DNA of 63,743 bases, filler included, from Licmophora abbreviata (taxonomy: Eukaryota), in the NCBI GenBank assembly GCA_900291995.1. It is 18 parts of 18 records of this genome, joined end to end, with 100 filler letters (N's around TTAATTAATTAA, not from the genome) between each part and the next. Parts side by side here need not be neighbours in the genome. Positions count along the whole stretch, not along the records: positions 16,067 to 22,788 come from OLMU01003818.1; positions 22,889 to 24,513 come from OLMU01003821.1; positions 24,614 to 28,137 come from OLMU01003822.1; positions 28,238 to 29,789 come from OLMU01003823.1; positions 29,890 to 32,139 come from OLMU01003824.1; 13 more parts are not named here. One strand, 5' to 3'. Every line of letters begins with the position of its first letter. Position 1 is the first letter of the stretch. Of this stretch, positions 20,115-31,073 are shown piece after piece. The notes beneath the pieces are model-generated. The model searched no databases, was not told the origin of the DNA, and worked only from the letters and a program-made list of their open reading frames with translations. Position numbers and translations under genes: made by a program.

Positions 20115-20353
20115 GGGTATTTTCACCAAGAAGAAGACATGAGGCGCGCCCCCGAAGCCGCGGCATTCGGTCGGTGTCTGTCCCGATGCAGGCCGGAGCC
20201 TCGGGGGCGGCTTCTCCTTGGGCGGTCATCGGCTCCCCAGCCTGTACCGCCCGGTCATGTTACGCGCAGAAGGTTATCAAATCGTTTCGCGCTTCTTCTT
20301 GGGCCAAATACCCCGGGGTGAATTGGCCGCAGGCCAAGAGGGGCAGAGCCCCT
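20115..20353. repeat. REP-like CTTCTT(C)TGG..AAATACCC elements (inverted pair)
   Basis: Minus-strand head at 20115-20136; plus-strand element at 20292-20353 ending GGGGCAGAGCCCCT; related element at 33305-33384. Confidence 0.7.
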
Positions 20354-20405
20354 GTGTCGCCCGCGTGATGCTGGAGCTGTCATTGCCAGAAAGCGGCTGA
20401 TGGGG

Positions 20406-21224
20406 TCACTCGCCCAGCTTGGCATGGACCTCGTCAAGGTCGATCTCGCCCACTGGCATCTTGTTCGCCGGGTTTTCGAAGTCGTATTTGAACAGGTCGA
20501 AATCCCGGTGATAAATCTCGTAGACGAGATGCATCGACAGATCGTCGAAATAGTCCTCGACCGGATGGGCGCGTTTGGGGCCATGCCCCTCGGATTCGTT
20601 GAAGCGCGGGATCGTGTCCACATCCACCTTGTGGGGGGTGGTGATCGCGTCCAGAACCTGCCCCATCCCGTCATTGAAGGCCTCGGTCCAGAAGATCTTG
20701 TCGTAGCGCCCGCCATTGACGATGAAGGTCGAGACATGGCCCGACATCGATGACCAGTGAATGTCCGGCTCCATTGGGCGGCGCCAGCGGATCGTGTCGC
20801 GCGCGAACAGCAGAAAGCGGCGGAAGCTTTCGATCTGGTCGAATGCCTGCTTGCCGTCGTCGCCGCCCACTTCGATCCCGTATTTCTGCGTCAGAAGCGG
20901 CACCAGCTTGCCGCGGTACCGCTTGCCGTTGCGCTGTATGCCGCAGATCTTGTCGAAAAAGCTCGACAGGATCCGGGTATAGGGATTGCGCACGCAGGTG
21001 AACGCGTAGGACGCATGCGACTTTACATTGTCATTGATGAGCGCCTGACTTTCATCGCGCGCCCATTTGTGAAGGCCGGTGGCGGCATCATGGATGTCAC
21101 CATCGAAGAATTCGCCATGGTCCGAGTAGTACATGATCTGTCCGATGGTCGAACAGGCGCATTTCGGAACCACCCGGTAAACCACACTTTCACTCTCGGT
21201 CATCCACGTTCCGGGAAAGCCCAT
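20406..21224 (-). CDS. Sulfotransferase family protein (Sulfotransfer_2-like)
   Basis: PAPS-binding-like VVPKCACST and FTCVRNPYTRILSSF; C-terminal Y..DF.LF.Y. Confidence 0.85.
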   Translation of the reverse strand: MGFPGTWMTESESVVYRVVPKCACSTIGQIMYYSDHGEFFDGDIHDAATGLHKWARDESQALINDNVKSHASYAFTCVRNPYTRILSSFFDKICGIQRNGKRYRGKLVPLLTQKYGIEVGGDDGKQAFDQIESFRRFLLFARDTIRWRRPMEPDIHWSSMSGHVSTFIVNGGRYDKIFWTEAFNDGMGQVLDAITTPHKVDVDTIPRFNESEGHGPKRAHPVEDYFDDLSMHLVYEIYHRDFDLFKYDFENPANKMPVGEIDLDEVHAKLGE

Positions 21225-21371
21225 GCCGTGATCTCCAAACCATTTACCCGAACATTCAGGCAAAAACATTTCTAACCGGTTCAAAAAAGCAGAGAAAGCC
21301 TGTTTATTCAATTCCAGTTCAAGGGTATCACTCTAAAGCATTGCGATGGCAGTTGGTGTTCCGGTTCTGAA

Positions 21372-22788
21372 ATGGCGAAAATCGCGTTCATACTTTTGTG
21401 TCACAAGGATCCGGACGCGATCATCGGGCAGGCCCGCATGTTGACGGCGGCTGGGGATTACATGTCGATCCATTTCGACGCCCGCGCCAAGCCGGAATAT
21501 TTCGACAGGATTCGCAACGCTCTGGCCGACAACCCCAACGTGACGTTCGCCAGGAAACGCCTCAAATGCGGGTGGGGGGAATGGTCGCTGGTTCAGGCAA
21601 CGCTGAATGCCGTCGAGGCGGCGGTCGATGCCTTTCCGCGCGCGACGCATTTCTACATGCTGTCCGGCGATTGCGCCGCGATCAAGTCCGCCCATTACGC
21701 GCATCAGTTTCTGGATGCCGAGGATGTCGATTACATCGAGAATTTCGATTACTTCGACAGCGACTGGATCAAGACCGGAATCAAGGAAGAGCGTTTGATC
21801 TATCGTCATTTCTTCAACGAAAGGACACAGCCGCGCCTGTTCTACGCGTCTTTCGGGCTGCAGAAACGTCTGGGACTGACCCGGCGCATCCCGGATGACA
21901 TCGAGGTGCAGATCGGCAGCCAGTGGTGGTGCCTGCGCCGCCGCACGATCGAATGGATTCTGGATTTCGCCCGCCGGCGCCGCGATGTGATGCGGTTCTT
22001 TCGCACCACATGGATCCCCGACGAGACGTTTTTCCAGACATTGGTCAATCATCTCGTGCCGCAGAAAGAGATCCGCAGCCGGACACTGACCTTGCTGATG
22101 TTCACCGATTACGGGATGCCGGTGACTTTCTACAACGATCATTACGATCTGCTGCTCAGTCAGGACGCGCTTTTCGCCCGCAAGATCAGCCCCGAAGCGG
22201 TCGAGCTCAAGTCGCGCCTTGGCGCGCTCTATGCCGACGACAAAGCCACCTTCCAGATTTCCAACGAGGGCCGCAGCCTGTTTCAGTTCCTCACCGGGCG
22301 CGGCCGTATCGGGAGGCGCTTTGCCAGCCGGTTCTGGGAAACCGAAAGCACCCTTGGGCGTGACCGCACATTGCTGATCGTGGTGTGCAAGAAATGGCAT
22401 GTCGCCAAACGGCTCTTGTCGATGGTCCGGCATGTCACCAACGTGCCCGCCATCGAATATCTCTTCCACGAGGAAGACACCGCCTTGCCCGATCTGGGCG
22501 GCATTCAGGCCAGTCTGGGCAAGAGAACGCGCCACCGCCGGGCCTTGATGCGGATGCTGTTCGATTATTTCGACACGGACCGCCTCATCGTCTGCATGGA
22601 TCCGTCCAGCCTTGATTTGCTGCATGATTTCGATTCGGACCGGTCCACCACCCGCATTCTGGAGGTGCAGTGCCAGTTCTCGCGGTCCTATCTCGAAGGT
22701 CATGCGCGGCGGGTTGGTCTGGCCGGGGAACAGACGCCACAGGAAACCATGGACCGGCTGATGCCGACGATCCGTGGCGACATGAATT
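21372..22788 (+). CDS. Core-2/I-branching (GT14)-like glycosyltransferase, 3' truncated by gap
   Basis: IAFILLCHK, IHFD, WGEWSLVQATL, LSGDC, GSQWWCL, PDETFFQT, FARK. Confidence 0.85.
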
Positions 22789-22888
22789 NNNNNNNNNNNN
22801 NNNNNNNNNNNNNNNNNNNNNNNNNNNNNNNNTTAATTAATTAANNNNNNNNNNNNNNNNNNNNNNNNNNNNNNNNNNNNNNNNNNNN

Positions 22889-23817
22889 GCGCGGCGCAAA
22901 CGGTCGTTGATCGCCCGCCCCAGCCCGGCGTCTGGAATGGGAGATACCGCGATCGCGTCCGCGCCTTGCGCATCGAGCGCGTGCAGATGACCAAAAAGGT
23001 TCGCCGCCGCCTCGCGCAGATCGCCTGTCGGGGACAGGTTCAGATCACACGCCACCGGCCCGAAGCCCAGCAACAGCTCTCCGTCCTGCCGTGTTTCCGC
23101 GTTCAAACGCACAGACGCCCCCGGCGCATAATGCGAGGCCAGCTGACCCGGCGCTGAAATCGCGCTGCCCTCTGCGTGATGCGCCACCGGCGCGCCGATC
23201 ACCGCTTCGATCTCTTCGGCGGCAATCCCTCCGGGGCGCAGCAGAACCGGACCATCGACCAGCCCGAGGATCGTGGATTCCACACCCACATCACAGGCGC
23301 CGCCATCGAGCACCGCTTCGATCCGCCCGTCCAGCCCGGCAAGAACATGCGCCGCAAGGGTTGGGCTGATCCGTCCCGACGGGTTCGCCGATGGCGCCGC
23401 GACCGGCCCTGCGAAGGCGCGCAGCAAGGCCTGCGCCACCGGATGTGCGGGCACCCGGATCGCCAGCGTGGGCAACTCGGCGGTGACCAGCGGTGACAAC
23501 CCTGTGTCGGGCCTGAGCGGCAGCACCATCGTCAGAGGTCCGGGCCAGAACGCCCGTGCCAGCCGCTCCGCCTCATCGGACCACGCGACATAGGCCTGCG
23601 CCGCTTGCGTGCTCTCGACATGGACGATCAACGGATTGAACCGTGGCCGCCCCTTGGCCTCGAAGATACCGGCCATGGCCATATCGTTGCGCGCATCCCC
23701 GCCCAGTCCGTAAACCGTCTCTGTGGGAAAGGCGACGCGCCCGCCCTCATGCAGGATTTCGGCGGCGCGGGCATAGCCCTGCGCATCCGGCAAGAGGCGT
23801 TCGGTGGAAAGGATCAT
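22889..23817 (-). CDS. tsaC: L-threonylcarbamoyladenylate synthase (Sua5 type), 3' end at gap
   Basis: VAFPTETVYGLG, KGRPRFNPLIVH, FWPGPLT, AAPSANPSG, GVESTI, PGQLASHYAP, AINDRL. Confidence 0.95.
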
Positions 23818-23947
23818 GCGGGACTCTGACGCTGCGTTCCGGTTGCTGGTGGCGGTAGGTGGGCTAGTCTTGGCGGCGACAATCATGCATATACGGGTGC
23901 CGTGGCGATGCCAAGCCGCACCCTGTACCAAGATCAGGAGCGTTCAG

Positions 23948-25782
23948 ATGCCATACCATGCCCCGGTCGCTGACTATCAGTTCATATTGGATCACGTCGT
24001 GCGACTGGATCAGGTGACCGCCACCGACCGCTTCGCCGACGCCACCCCCGATGTGACCGCCGCGATCCTGACCGAAGCGGGCCGCATGTCCCAAGAGGTG
24101 CTCTCTCCGCTCAACCGCAGCGGCGATCAGCACCCCGCCCGACTGGAAAACGGCGTGCTGCGCACCTCTCCGGGCTTCGATCAGGGCTACAGGGCGATTG
24201 CCGACGGGGGCTGGGTGTCGATTTCGGCCGATCCCGATCATGGCGGCATGGGCTTGCCGATGGCGCTTGCCACCGCCGTGAACGAAATGATGAGTTCCGC
24301 CTGCCTTGCGCTTCAGATCATCCCCCTGATGACCCAAGGGCAGATCGACGCGCTCGAGCATCACGCCTCGGACGCCCTCAAAGGGATTTACCTGCCCAAG
24401 CTGGTCAGCGGTGAATGGAACGGCACGATGAACCTGACCGAACCGCAGGCAGGCTCCGATGTCGGCGCCCTGATCACCCGCGCCGAGCCGCGTGGCGATG
24501 GGACATATGCGATNNNNNNNNNNNNNNNNNNNNNNNNNNNNNNNNNNNNNNNNNNNNTTAATTAATTAANNNNNNNNNNNNNNNNNNNNNNNNNNNNNNN
24601 NNNNNNNNNNNNNCGATCACCGGCCAGAAGATATACATCAGCTGGGGCGACAACGATTTTACCGACAATGTCGTGCATCTGGTTCTGGCGCGTCTTCCCG
24701 ACGGTCCGCCGGGCACCAAGGGCATCAGCCTGTTTCTGGTGCCCAAGGTCCTCCCCGACGAGCATGGCAAACCGGGCCGTGCCAATGATCTCAAGGTGGT
24801 CGGGGTCGAACACAAGATGGGCCTGCATGGCAGCCCCACCTGCACCATGCAATATGACGGCGCGACAGGCTGGCTGGTGGGGCGCGAGCATGACGGGATG
24901 CGCGCCATGTTCACCATGATGAACAATGCCCGGCTTGGCGTGGGCGGGCAGGGGATCGGCGTGGCCGAGGCCGCGTTTCAGCACGCGCTCGCCTATGCCA
25001 CCGACCGCAAACAGGGCCGCACACCTGTCGAGGACGGGACCGGCGCGATCGTCGATCATGCCGACGTGCGCCGGATGCTGACCACCATGAAGGCCGATAT
25101 CTTCGCCGCCCGCGCCATCGCCCTGGCCTGCGCCGTGGCCATCGACATGGAAACCGCAACCGGCGCCCCCGACTGGTCGGCGCGCGCGGCCTTTCTCACG
25201 CCCATCGCCAAGGCCTTCGGCACCGATACCGGGATCGAGGTGGCCAATCTCGGGGTGCAGGTGCATGGCGGCATGGGCTTTGTCGAAGAGACCGGCGCCG
25301 CGCAATATCTGCGCGACGTGCGCGTGACCGCCATCTACGAAGGCACCAACGGCATTCAGGCGATGGATCTGGCCGCCCGCAAGCTGATGGATGGCGGCGA
25401 GGCGGCCCATGCGCTCATCGACGAGATCGAGGCACAGGCCGAAACCGCCCGCGCCACGCTGCCCGATCTGGCCGAGCCTTTGTGGCAGGCCTCCGAAACG
25501 CTGCGCGAGGGGCTGGACTGGATGATCGCGCAGTCCGACCTGAACCAGCGATTCGCTGGGGCCGTGCCTTTCCTGCGGGCCTTCGCGCGGGTGCTTGGCG
25601 GGCATTACCACCTTGCCGCCGCCATGGCCGAAACCATCGCGGGGCAGGACAATGGACCGCGCACGCGGCTCGCCCGGTTCTACCTCACCCGCCTTTTGCC
25701 GGAACATGCCGGGCTTTTGGCCCATGCCACCGCCGGGGCCGATGACCTTTACGCTCTCTCGCCCGACGATCTGGCCGCGTGA
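23948..25782 (+). CDS. Acyl-CoA dehydrogenase (spans a linker)
   Basis: GTMNLTEPQAGSDVG | ITGQKIYISWG, KGISLFLVPK, HKMGLHGSPT, QVHGGMGF, IYEGTNGIQ; the two contig ends overlap (CGAT). Confidence 0.93.
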
Positions 25783-26825
25783 TGGACGGGGCAGGCGGCA
25801 CCTTGCGCTATCCCTGGCCCGAGGCGCCCGAGCATGGCGCCGCGATCCAGGTGGCGCCCGGCGTGCTGTGGATCCGGTTGCCGCTGCCGATGGCTCTGGA
25901 TCACGTCAACATCTATGCCCTCGATGACGGCGACAGCTGGACCATCGTGGATACCGGCATCCACTCGCGCCGCTCTGTCGCCCTTTGGGAACAGGTGCTT
26001 GCCGGTCCCTTGCAGGGCAGGCCCGTCTCGCGGGTGATCCTTACCCATCACCACCCCGATCATATCGGCATGGCGGGCTGGCTCATGGACCGCTTCGGCG
26101 CCGAGCTGGTCACGACCCGCACCGCATGGCTCATGGCGCGGATGCTGATCCTCGATGTCGAAGAGCGTCCGACCCCGCAGGCGCTGGCGCATTGGCGCGC
26201 CGCGGGCATGGACGCGGCGATCTATGAGGCCCGCAAAGCCGCGCGCCCCTATAATTTCGCCGACACCTGTCACCCGATCCCCGTGGGCTACACGCGTTTG
26301 ACGCAGGGCGACAGCCTGCAGGCGGGCGGGCGCATCTGGGATGTGCATATCGGCAATGGTCATGCGCCCGAGCATCTGACCCTCTGGAGCCGCGATGACA
26401 ATCTGGTCATCGCCGGGGATCAGATCATCGCCTCCATCAGCCCCAATATCGGCGTCTATCCCACCGAGCCGGATGCCGATCCCGTGGCTGACTGGCTGGA
26501 CGCCTGCGGGCGGCTGGCGGGGCTGGCGCATGAGGATCATCTGGTGCTCGCGGGTCACAAGCTGCCGTTCACCGGCCTGCCTGTGCGGATGCGTCAGCTG
26601 ATCGAGAATCACCACGGCGCGCTCGATCGCCTGCGCGCCCATCTCGCAACGCCCCGCACCGCCGCCGAATGTTTCGCGCCCTTGTTCAAACGCCGGATCG
26701 ATGAAGGCACCTATGGCCTTGCTCTGGTCGAGGCGGTGGCCCATCTCAACCATCTGCTCCACGCGGGCGAGGTGACCCGCACCCGCCGCGCCGACGGCGC
26801 ATGGCTTTGGCAGGCGAGGTCCTGA
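25779..26825 (+). CDS. MBL-fold metallo-hydrolase
   Basis: THHHPDHIG, GHAPEH, AGDQ, LAGH motifs. Confidence 0.92.
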   Translation: MMDGAGGTLRYPWPEAPEHGAAIQVAPGVLWIRLPLPMALDHVNIYALDDGDSWTIVDTGIHSRRSVALWEQVLAGPLQGRPVSRVILTHHHPDHIGMAGWLMDRFGAELVTTRTAWLMARMLILDVEERPTPQALAHWRAAGMDAAIYEARKAARPYNFADTCHPIPVGYTRLTQGDSLQAGGRIWDVHIGNGHAPEHLTLWSRDDNLVIAGDQIIASISPNIGVYPTEPDADPVADWLDACGRLAGLAHEDHLVLAGHKLPFTGLPVRMRQLIENHHGALDRLRAHLATPRTAAECFAPLFKRRIDEGTYGLALVEAVAHLNHLLHAGEVTRTRRADGAWLWQARS

Positions 26826-26982
26826 CAGGTCCGCCCGGGGTGAACCGCCCTTGTCATGCGCTGCATCGCGGCTTGAAAAAACGTTGGAAACTGCGGCAGC
26901 TTGGCGGGTGACAGCCCTTTGGAAATGCAGTATCCAGATGTCGGATTTTTCGGGCGATGCCCAAGACGAAGGACACTGAAAC

Positions 26983-27117
26983 ATGGCTGAACACAAGCAT
27001 GGCGAAATGAACATCGAAGTGCAGGAAAAAACCTTCGAAGGCTTCATCAAATGGGTCACATGGACGGCGGTGTTCTGCATCGTGCTCCTGCTGTTCATCG
27101 CGATGGTCAACGGCTGA
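26983..27117 (+). CDS. aa3-type cytochrome c oxidase subunit IV
   Basis: Not in ORF track. MAEHKHGEMNIEVQEKTFEGFIKWVTWTAVFCIVLLLFIAMVNG matches the HG.MDI..QE.TF.GF + TM pattern; AAGGA RBS. Confidence 0.9.
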   Translation: MAEHKHGEMNIEVQEKTFEGFIKWVTWTAVFCIVLLLFIAMVNG

Positions 27118-27149
27118 GGCTTGTCGTCTCGTCGCAGGCGGGAGTGTCG

Positions 27150-27776
27150 ATGATGCGCGGTTGGATCGTTGCGATATGCGCCTGCGTGATGCTGGCCGGA
27201 TGTGTGGGCCAAGAGGTCTGGGCGCCTGACGACGCCGTTGCAAAATCGGCCTATCGCCATGACGGCCCGCCGCGCCTCACGCTTTACACGATGATCAACA
27301 ACCGCACCGGCGCCGGTGCGCATACCTCGCTGATGATCAACGGATCGCAGCGGGTGATCTTCGATCCGGCGGGTTCGTTCAAACACGAAACCCTGCCGGA
27401 ACGAAACGACGTGGTCTATGGCATCACGCCCCCGGTCGAAGATGTCTACACGCGCTATCATGCGCGCGAGACTTATCATGTCCGGGTGCAGAACCTCGAT
27501 GTGCCGCCCGAAACCGCCGAACGCGTGTTTCGCCTCGCGCAATCCTATGGCGCGGTGCCCTCGGCGCAATGCGCGCGCTCCACGTCCACGATCCTGTCGC
27601 AAGTATATCCCGGCACGGTGCGCCCCACATGGTCCCCGGTCCGACTGGCCGAGGATTTCGCCGCCCTGCCGGGGGTGACCGAACGCCGGCTGCGCGAATA
27701 TGACAGCGATGACAACAGCAAGGTGCTGGACGACTGGGATCCCAACCGCGTCGCACAGGCCGCGACAGGCCGCTGA
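27150..27776 (+). CDS. Putative lipoprotein (hypothetical)
   Basis: Lipobox MLAGC; GGGAG RBS; HTSL...FDPAGSF and a later Cys. Confidence 0.78.
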   Translation: MMRGWIVAICACVMLAGCVGQEVWAPDDAVAKSAYRHDGPPRLTLYTMINNRTGAGAHTSLMINGSQRVIFDPAGSFKHETLPERNDVVYGITPPVEDVYTRYHARETYHVRVQNLDVPPETAERVFRLAQSYGAVPSAQCARSTSTILSQVYPGTVRPTWSPVRLAEDFAALPGVTERRLREYDSDDNSKVLDDWDPNRVAQAATGR

Positions 27777-27784
27777 TCGCGGCG

Positions 27785-28378
27785 TTATCCCAGCAGATAC
27801 AGCCCACCATAAAGCGTCGCTGCCCCCAGACAGATCGACAGCACCACGTTGCGCGTCCAAAGTCCCGCCACCAGCGTGACCAGCGCCGCCGCAAGGCGCG
27901 GCGCGTCAAGCTGTCCTGCGGTGGCCTCGGGCCACACCACCAGCGGCGCCACCAGCCCCGGCAGCACCGCCACCGCCGTATAACGCAGATGCCGCAGCAC
28001 CCATGCCGGCAAAGGCCTGTCGCCCACCAGCCCGGTGAACACGAAGCGCAGCCCGAAACTGCCCAACCCCAGAAGCCTGATGAACGCCATAGGACCACAT
28101 TGGAGGATTACAGAGACACCTACGAATCCACTCCCATNNNNNNNNNNNNNNNNNNNNNNNNNNNNNNNNNNNNNNNNNNNNTTAATTAATTAANNNNNNN
28201 NNNNNNNNNNNNNNNNNNNNNNNNNNNNNNNNNNNNNCACCGCCGTATAACGCAGATGCCGCAGCACCCATGCCGGCAAAGGCCTGTCGCCCACCAGCCC
28301 GGTGAACACGAAGCGCAGCCCGAAACTGCCCAACCCCAGCAGAATGATGATGCTCCAGAGTGCTATGGGATCAATCAT
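27785..28378 (-). CDS. azlD: AzlD-family branched-chain amino acid export protein (partly duplicated across the linker)
   Basis: GSFGLRF, LRYTAVAVLPGLVAP; true start MIDPIALW at 28378 overlaps the azlC stop. Confidence 0.8.
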
Positions 28379-29100
28379 CTCTCGGTCCTCCGCTCGGCCC
28401 TTCGCTCAACCTGCCGCTCCACTTCGGCCCCGGCCATCATGGCAAGGATACCCGCCGCCAGCAGCCCGAGGTTATAGGGCAGGAACGCCAGCACCAGTGC
28501 AGCCACGACCGATACCAGCGCCGCGGCCACATGCGCGCGGGTCCGCAGCATCGGCGCGATGATCGCCAGAAAGGTGATCGGTATCGCGAAATCCAGCGCC
28601 AGCCCTTCAGGGATAGCACTGCCAATCACCGCGCCAACCACCGTGAACCCATACCACAGCGGGCAGATCGGCACCGCCACCGCAAAGAAATAGGTCAGGC
28701 GCTGCCCCACCGTCCAATCCGGTCTCTGCTCGAATTTCACGATCGAACAGGCATAGGTCTGATCGACCGTGAAATACGCAGCCAACGCCCGTTGCCACAG
28801 GCGCGCACCTCCCAGATACGGCGTCAGCGATGCCGAATACATCGCCATCCGCAAATTCACCGCCAATGCGGAAATCAGCACGATCACCGTGGGCACATCG
28901 TTGCGCAGCAATTCCACGGCGGTGAACTGCGCCGCCCCCGCGATCACCAGAACCGAGAATGTCAGCGTCTCGAACACGCTCAGCCCGGCCTCGGTCGCCA
29001 CTACGCCGAACAGGGTCGAGAACGGAATGATGACAAGGATGAACGGCGCGCCGTCCCGCACACCCTGCCAAAAGATCGATTTGGTGGTTTCCGTCGTCAC
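28375..29100 (-). CDS. azlC: AzlC-family permease
   Basis: AGAAQF, VNLRMAMYSASL, VDQTYA, LDFAIPITF. Confidence 0.9.
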   Translation of the reverse strand: MTTETTKSIFWQGVRDGAPFILVIIPFSTLFGVVATEAGLSVFETLTFSVLVIAGAAQFTAVELLRNDVPTVIVLISALAVNLRMAMYSASLTPYLGGARLWQRALAAYFTVDQTYACSIVKFEQRPDWTVGQRLTYFFAVAVPICPLWYGFTVVGAVIGSAIPEGLALDFAIPITFLAIIAPMLRTRAHVAAALVSVVAALVLAFLPYNLGLLAAGILAMMAGAEVERQVERRAERRTER

Positions 29101-29156
29101 GTTCCCGCCTTAGATTGCCCAACGCATGGCTCCGGCCTAGACCGAAGCTGAAGGAG

Positions 29157-29944
29157 ATGCAATTGGCGACACAGGACAATATCTCGGGCTATCTGATCGC
29201 GCCCGATCCTGCCGCACCGCGCCTGACACGTGCGGTCGAGGGCGTGGATCACGACGGCCAGCCCACCACCATTTCCGTGGTCGAGGAACGCCCCCTCACG
29301 ATCTTTCTCAACGGTCAGGAAATCGTCACCGCCATGACGATCGGGGATTATCCCGAATATCTGGCGCTCGGGTTCCTGCGCAATCAGGGGATGCTGCGGG
29401 CCGATGAAACCGTCCACCGCGTCGACTATGACGAGGATCTCGATACGGTCGTGGTGCGCACCGACGGGCAGACCACCTTCGAAGAGAAGCTCAAGAAAAA
29501 GACCCGCACCTCGGGCTGCGCCGTGGGCACCGTGTTCGGCGACATGATGGAGGGGCTGGAAAAGGTCACCCTGCCCGACATACAGGTGCGCACCTCGGAT
29601 CTCTATGCGCTGGCCTCGATCATCAACCGCACGCCATCTCTCTATCTCGAGGCGGGGGCGATCCACGGCACCGTGCTCTGTCAAGGCGACCGCCCGCTTG
29701 TCTACATGGAGGATGTGGGCCGCCACAACGCTGTCGACAAGATCGCCGGCTGGATGTTCTCCGAAGGGGTCGCGCCGGGCGACAAGACGNNNNNNNNNNN
29801 NNNNNNNNNNNNNNNNNNNNNNNNNNNNNNNNNTTAATTAATTAANNNNNNNNNNNNNNNNNNNNNNNNNNNNNNNNNNNNNNNNNNNNGACGCCGTGCC
29901 CGACGAAGACCGCAAGCACCGCCGCAAGGGGGGCGATGGAATGA
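29157..29944 (+). CDS. fdhD: Formate dehydrogenase accessory sulfurtransferase (interrupted by gap)
   Basis: EERPLTIFLNGQEIVTAMT, TSGCAVG, GAIHG, EDVGRHNAVDKIAG; probable C-terminus DEDRKHRRK after the gap. Confidence 0.9.
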
Positions 29945-30585
29945 GCCTGCCGCTCGGCGTGATCCTCGCCGGCGGGCAGGCCACCCGCATGGGCGGGGGT
30001 GACAAGGGGCTGTTGCCCTTGGGCGATACCACGATCCTTGGCCATGTAATCGACAGGCTGACGCCGCAAGTGGCGGGTCTGGCGCTCAATGCCAATGGGG
30101 ATCCCGCCCGCTTCGCAGGCCATGGCCTGCCCGTTCTGCCCGACAGCATCGCCGATTTCCCCGGCCCTCTCGCGGGCGTTCTGGCAGGGCTGGACTGGGC
30201 CGCGACCCAAGGCGCCGAGACCATCGTCACCGTCGCCGCCGACACGCCGTTCTTTCCCCGCGATCTTGTCGCCTGCCTGCAGCGCGCGGCACGTGGCATG
30301 ACGCACCCGCTGGTTCTGGCCGCCACACCGCGCCCCGACAACGAACACACGAAATCCATGACCCGCTCGGGGCTGATCCGCCATCCCACCTTCGGCCTCT
30401 GGCCCGTCGCCCTGCGGGACGATCTGCGCCACGCCCTGTCGGACGGGTTGCGCAAGGTTGTCCTCTGGACCGAGAAACATTCAGGCCGCGAGGCGCTTTT
30501 TGAGGCCCCCGGCGATCCCTTCTTCAACGTCAATACGCCCGACGATCTGCAGCAGGCTCGGGCCATGCTGGAGTCCGCATCATGA
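29941..30585 (+). CDS. mobA: Molybdenum cofactor guanylyltransferase
   Basis: GVILAGGQATRMGGGDK, GPLAGV, AADTPF, FFNVNTPDDL. Confidence 0.95.
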   Translation: MSLPLGVILAGGQATRMGGGDKGLLPLGDTTILGHVIDRLTPQVAGLALNANGDPARFAGHGLPVLPDSIADFPGPLAGVLAGLDWAATQGAETIVTVAADTPFFPRDLVACLQRAARGMTHPLVLAATPRPDNEHTKSMTRSGLIRHPTFGLWPVALRDDLRHALSDGLRKVVLWTEKHSGREALFEAPGDPFFNVNTPDDLQQARAMLESAS

Positions 30586-31073
30586 GGATCTACGGCGTCG
30601 TCGGCTGGAAGAACGCCGGCAAGACCGGGCTGATGGAACGCCTCGTGACCGAGATCACGGGCCGGGGCATTTCCGTTTCGACAGTCAAGCACGCACATCA
30701 CACCTTCGATGTGGACCATCCCGGCAAGGACAGCCACCGTCACCGCATCGCTGGCGCGACCGAGGTGCTTCTGGCCTCGCGCAACCGCGTCGCCCTGATG
30801 CATGAACTGCGCGACGCGCCCGAACCGTCCTTGGCCGATCTGCTGACCAAACTTTCGCCCGTCGATTTGATCCTCGTCGAAGGCTACAAGCGCGACACCC
30901 ACCCCAAGGTCGAAGCGCATCGCGCCGTGACCGGCAATCCCCTGATCGCGCCCGACGATCCCAACGTGCGTGCCGTGGCCAGCGACACGGCCCTTGATCT
31001 GGACCGTCCGGTCTTCGATCTCGACGACACCGTGGCGATCGCCGATTTCATCCTGTCCGAGGTCGGTCTGTGA
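30582..31073 (+). CDS. mobB: Molybdopterin-guanine dinucleotide biosynthesis protein B
   Basis: GWKNAGKT, VKHAHH.FDVD..GKDS, LVEGYK. Confidence 0.95.
   Translation: MRIYGVVGWKNAGKTGLMERLVTEITGRGISVSTVKHAHHTFDVDHPGKDSHRHRIAGATEVLLASRNRVALMHELRDAPEPSLADLLTKLSPVDLILVEGYKRDTHPKVEAHRAVTGNPLIAPDDPNVRAVASDTALDLDRPVFDLDDTVAIADFILSEVGL

Noticed and set aside
25749..27860. 703-aa minus-strand ORF and other long antisense ORFs (e.g. 2318-3835, 21333-22703, 34406-35743)
   Set aside because: Shadow ORFs opposite well-supported genes, as expected in high-GC DNA.
27971..28340. Apparent tandem duplication of azlD with a divergent 5' end
   Set aside because: Identical sequence lies on both sides of a linker, and 28074-28137 looks like a degraded read tail; most likely an unmerged contig overlap.
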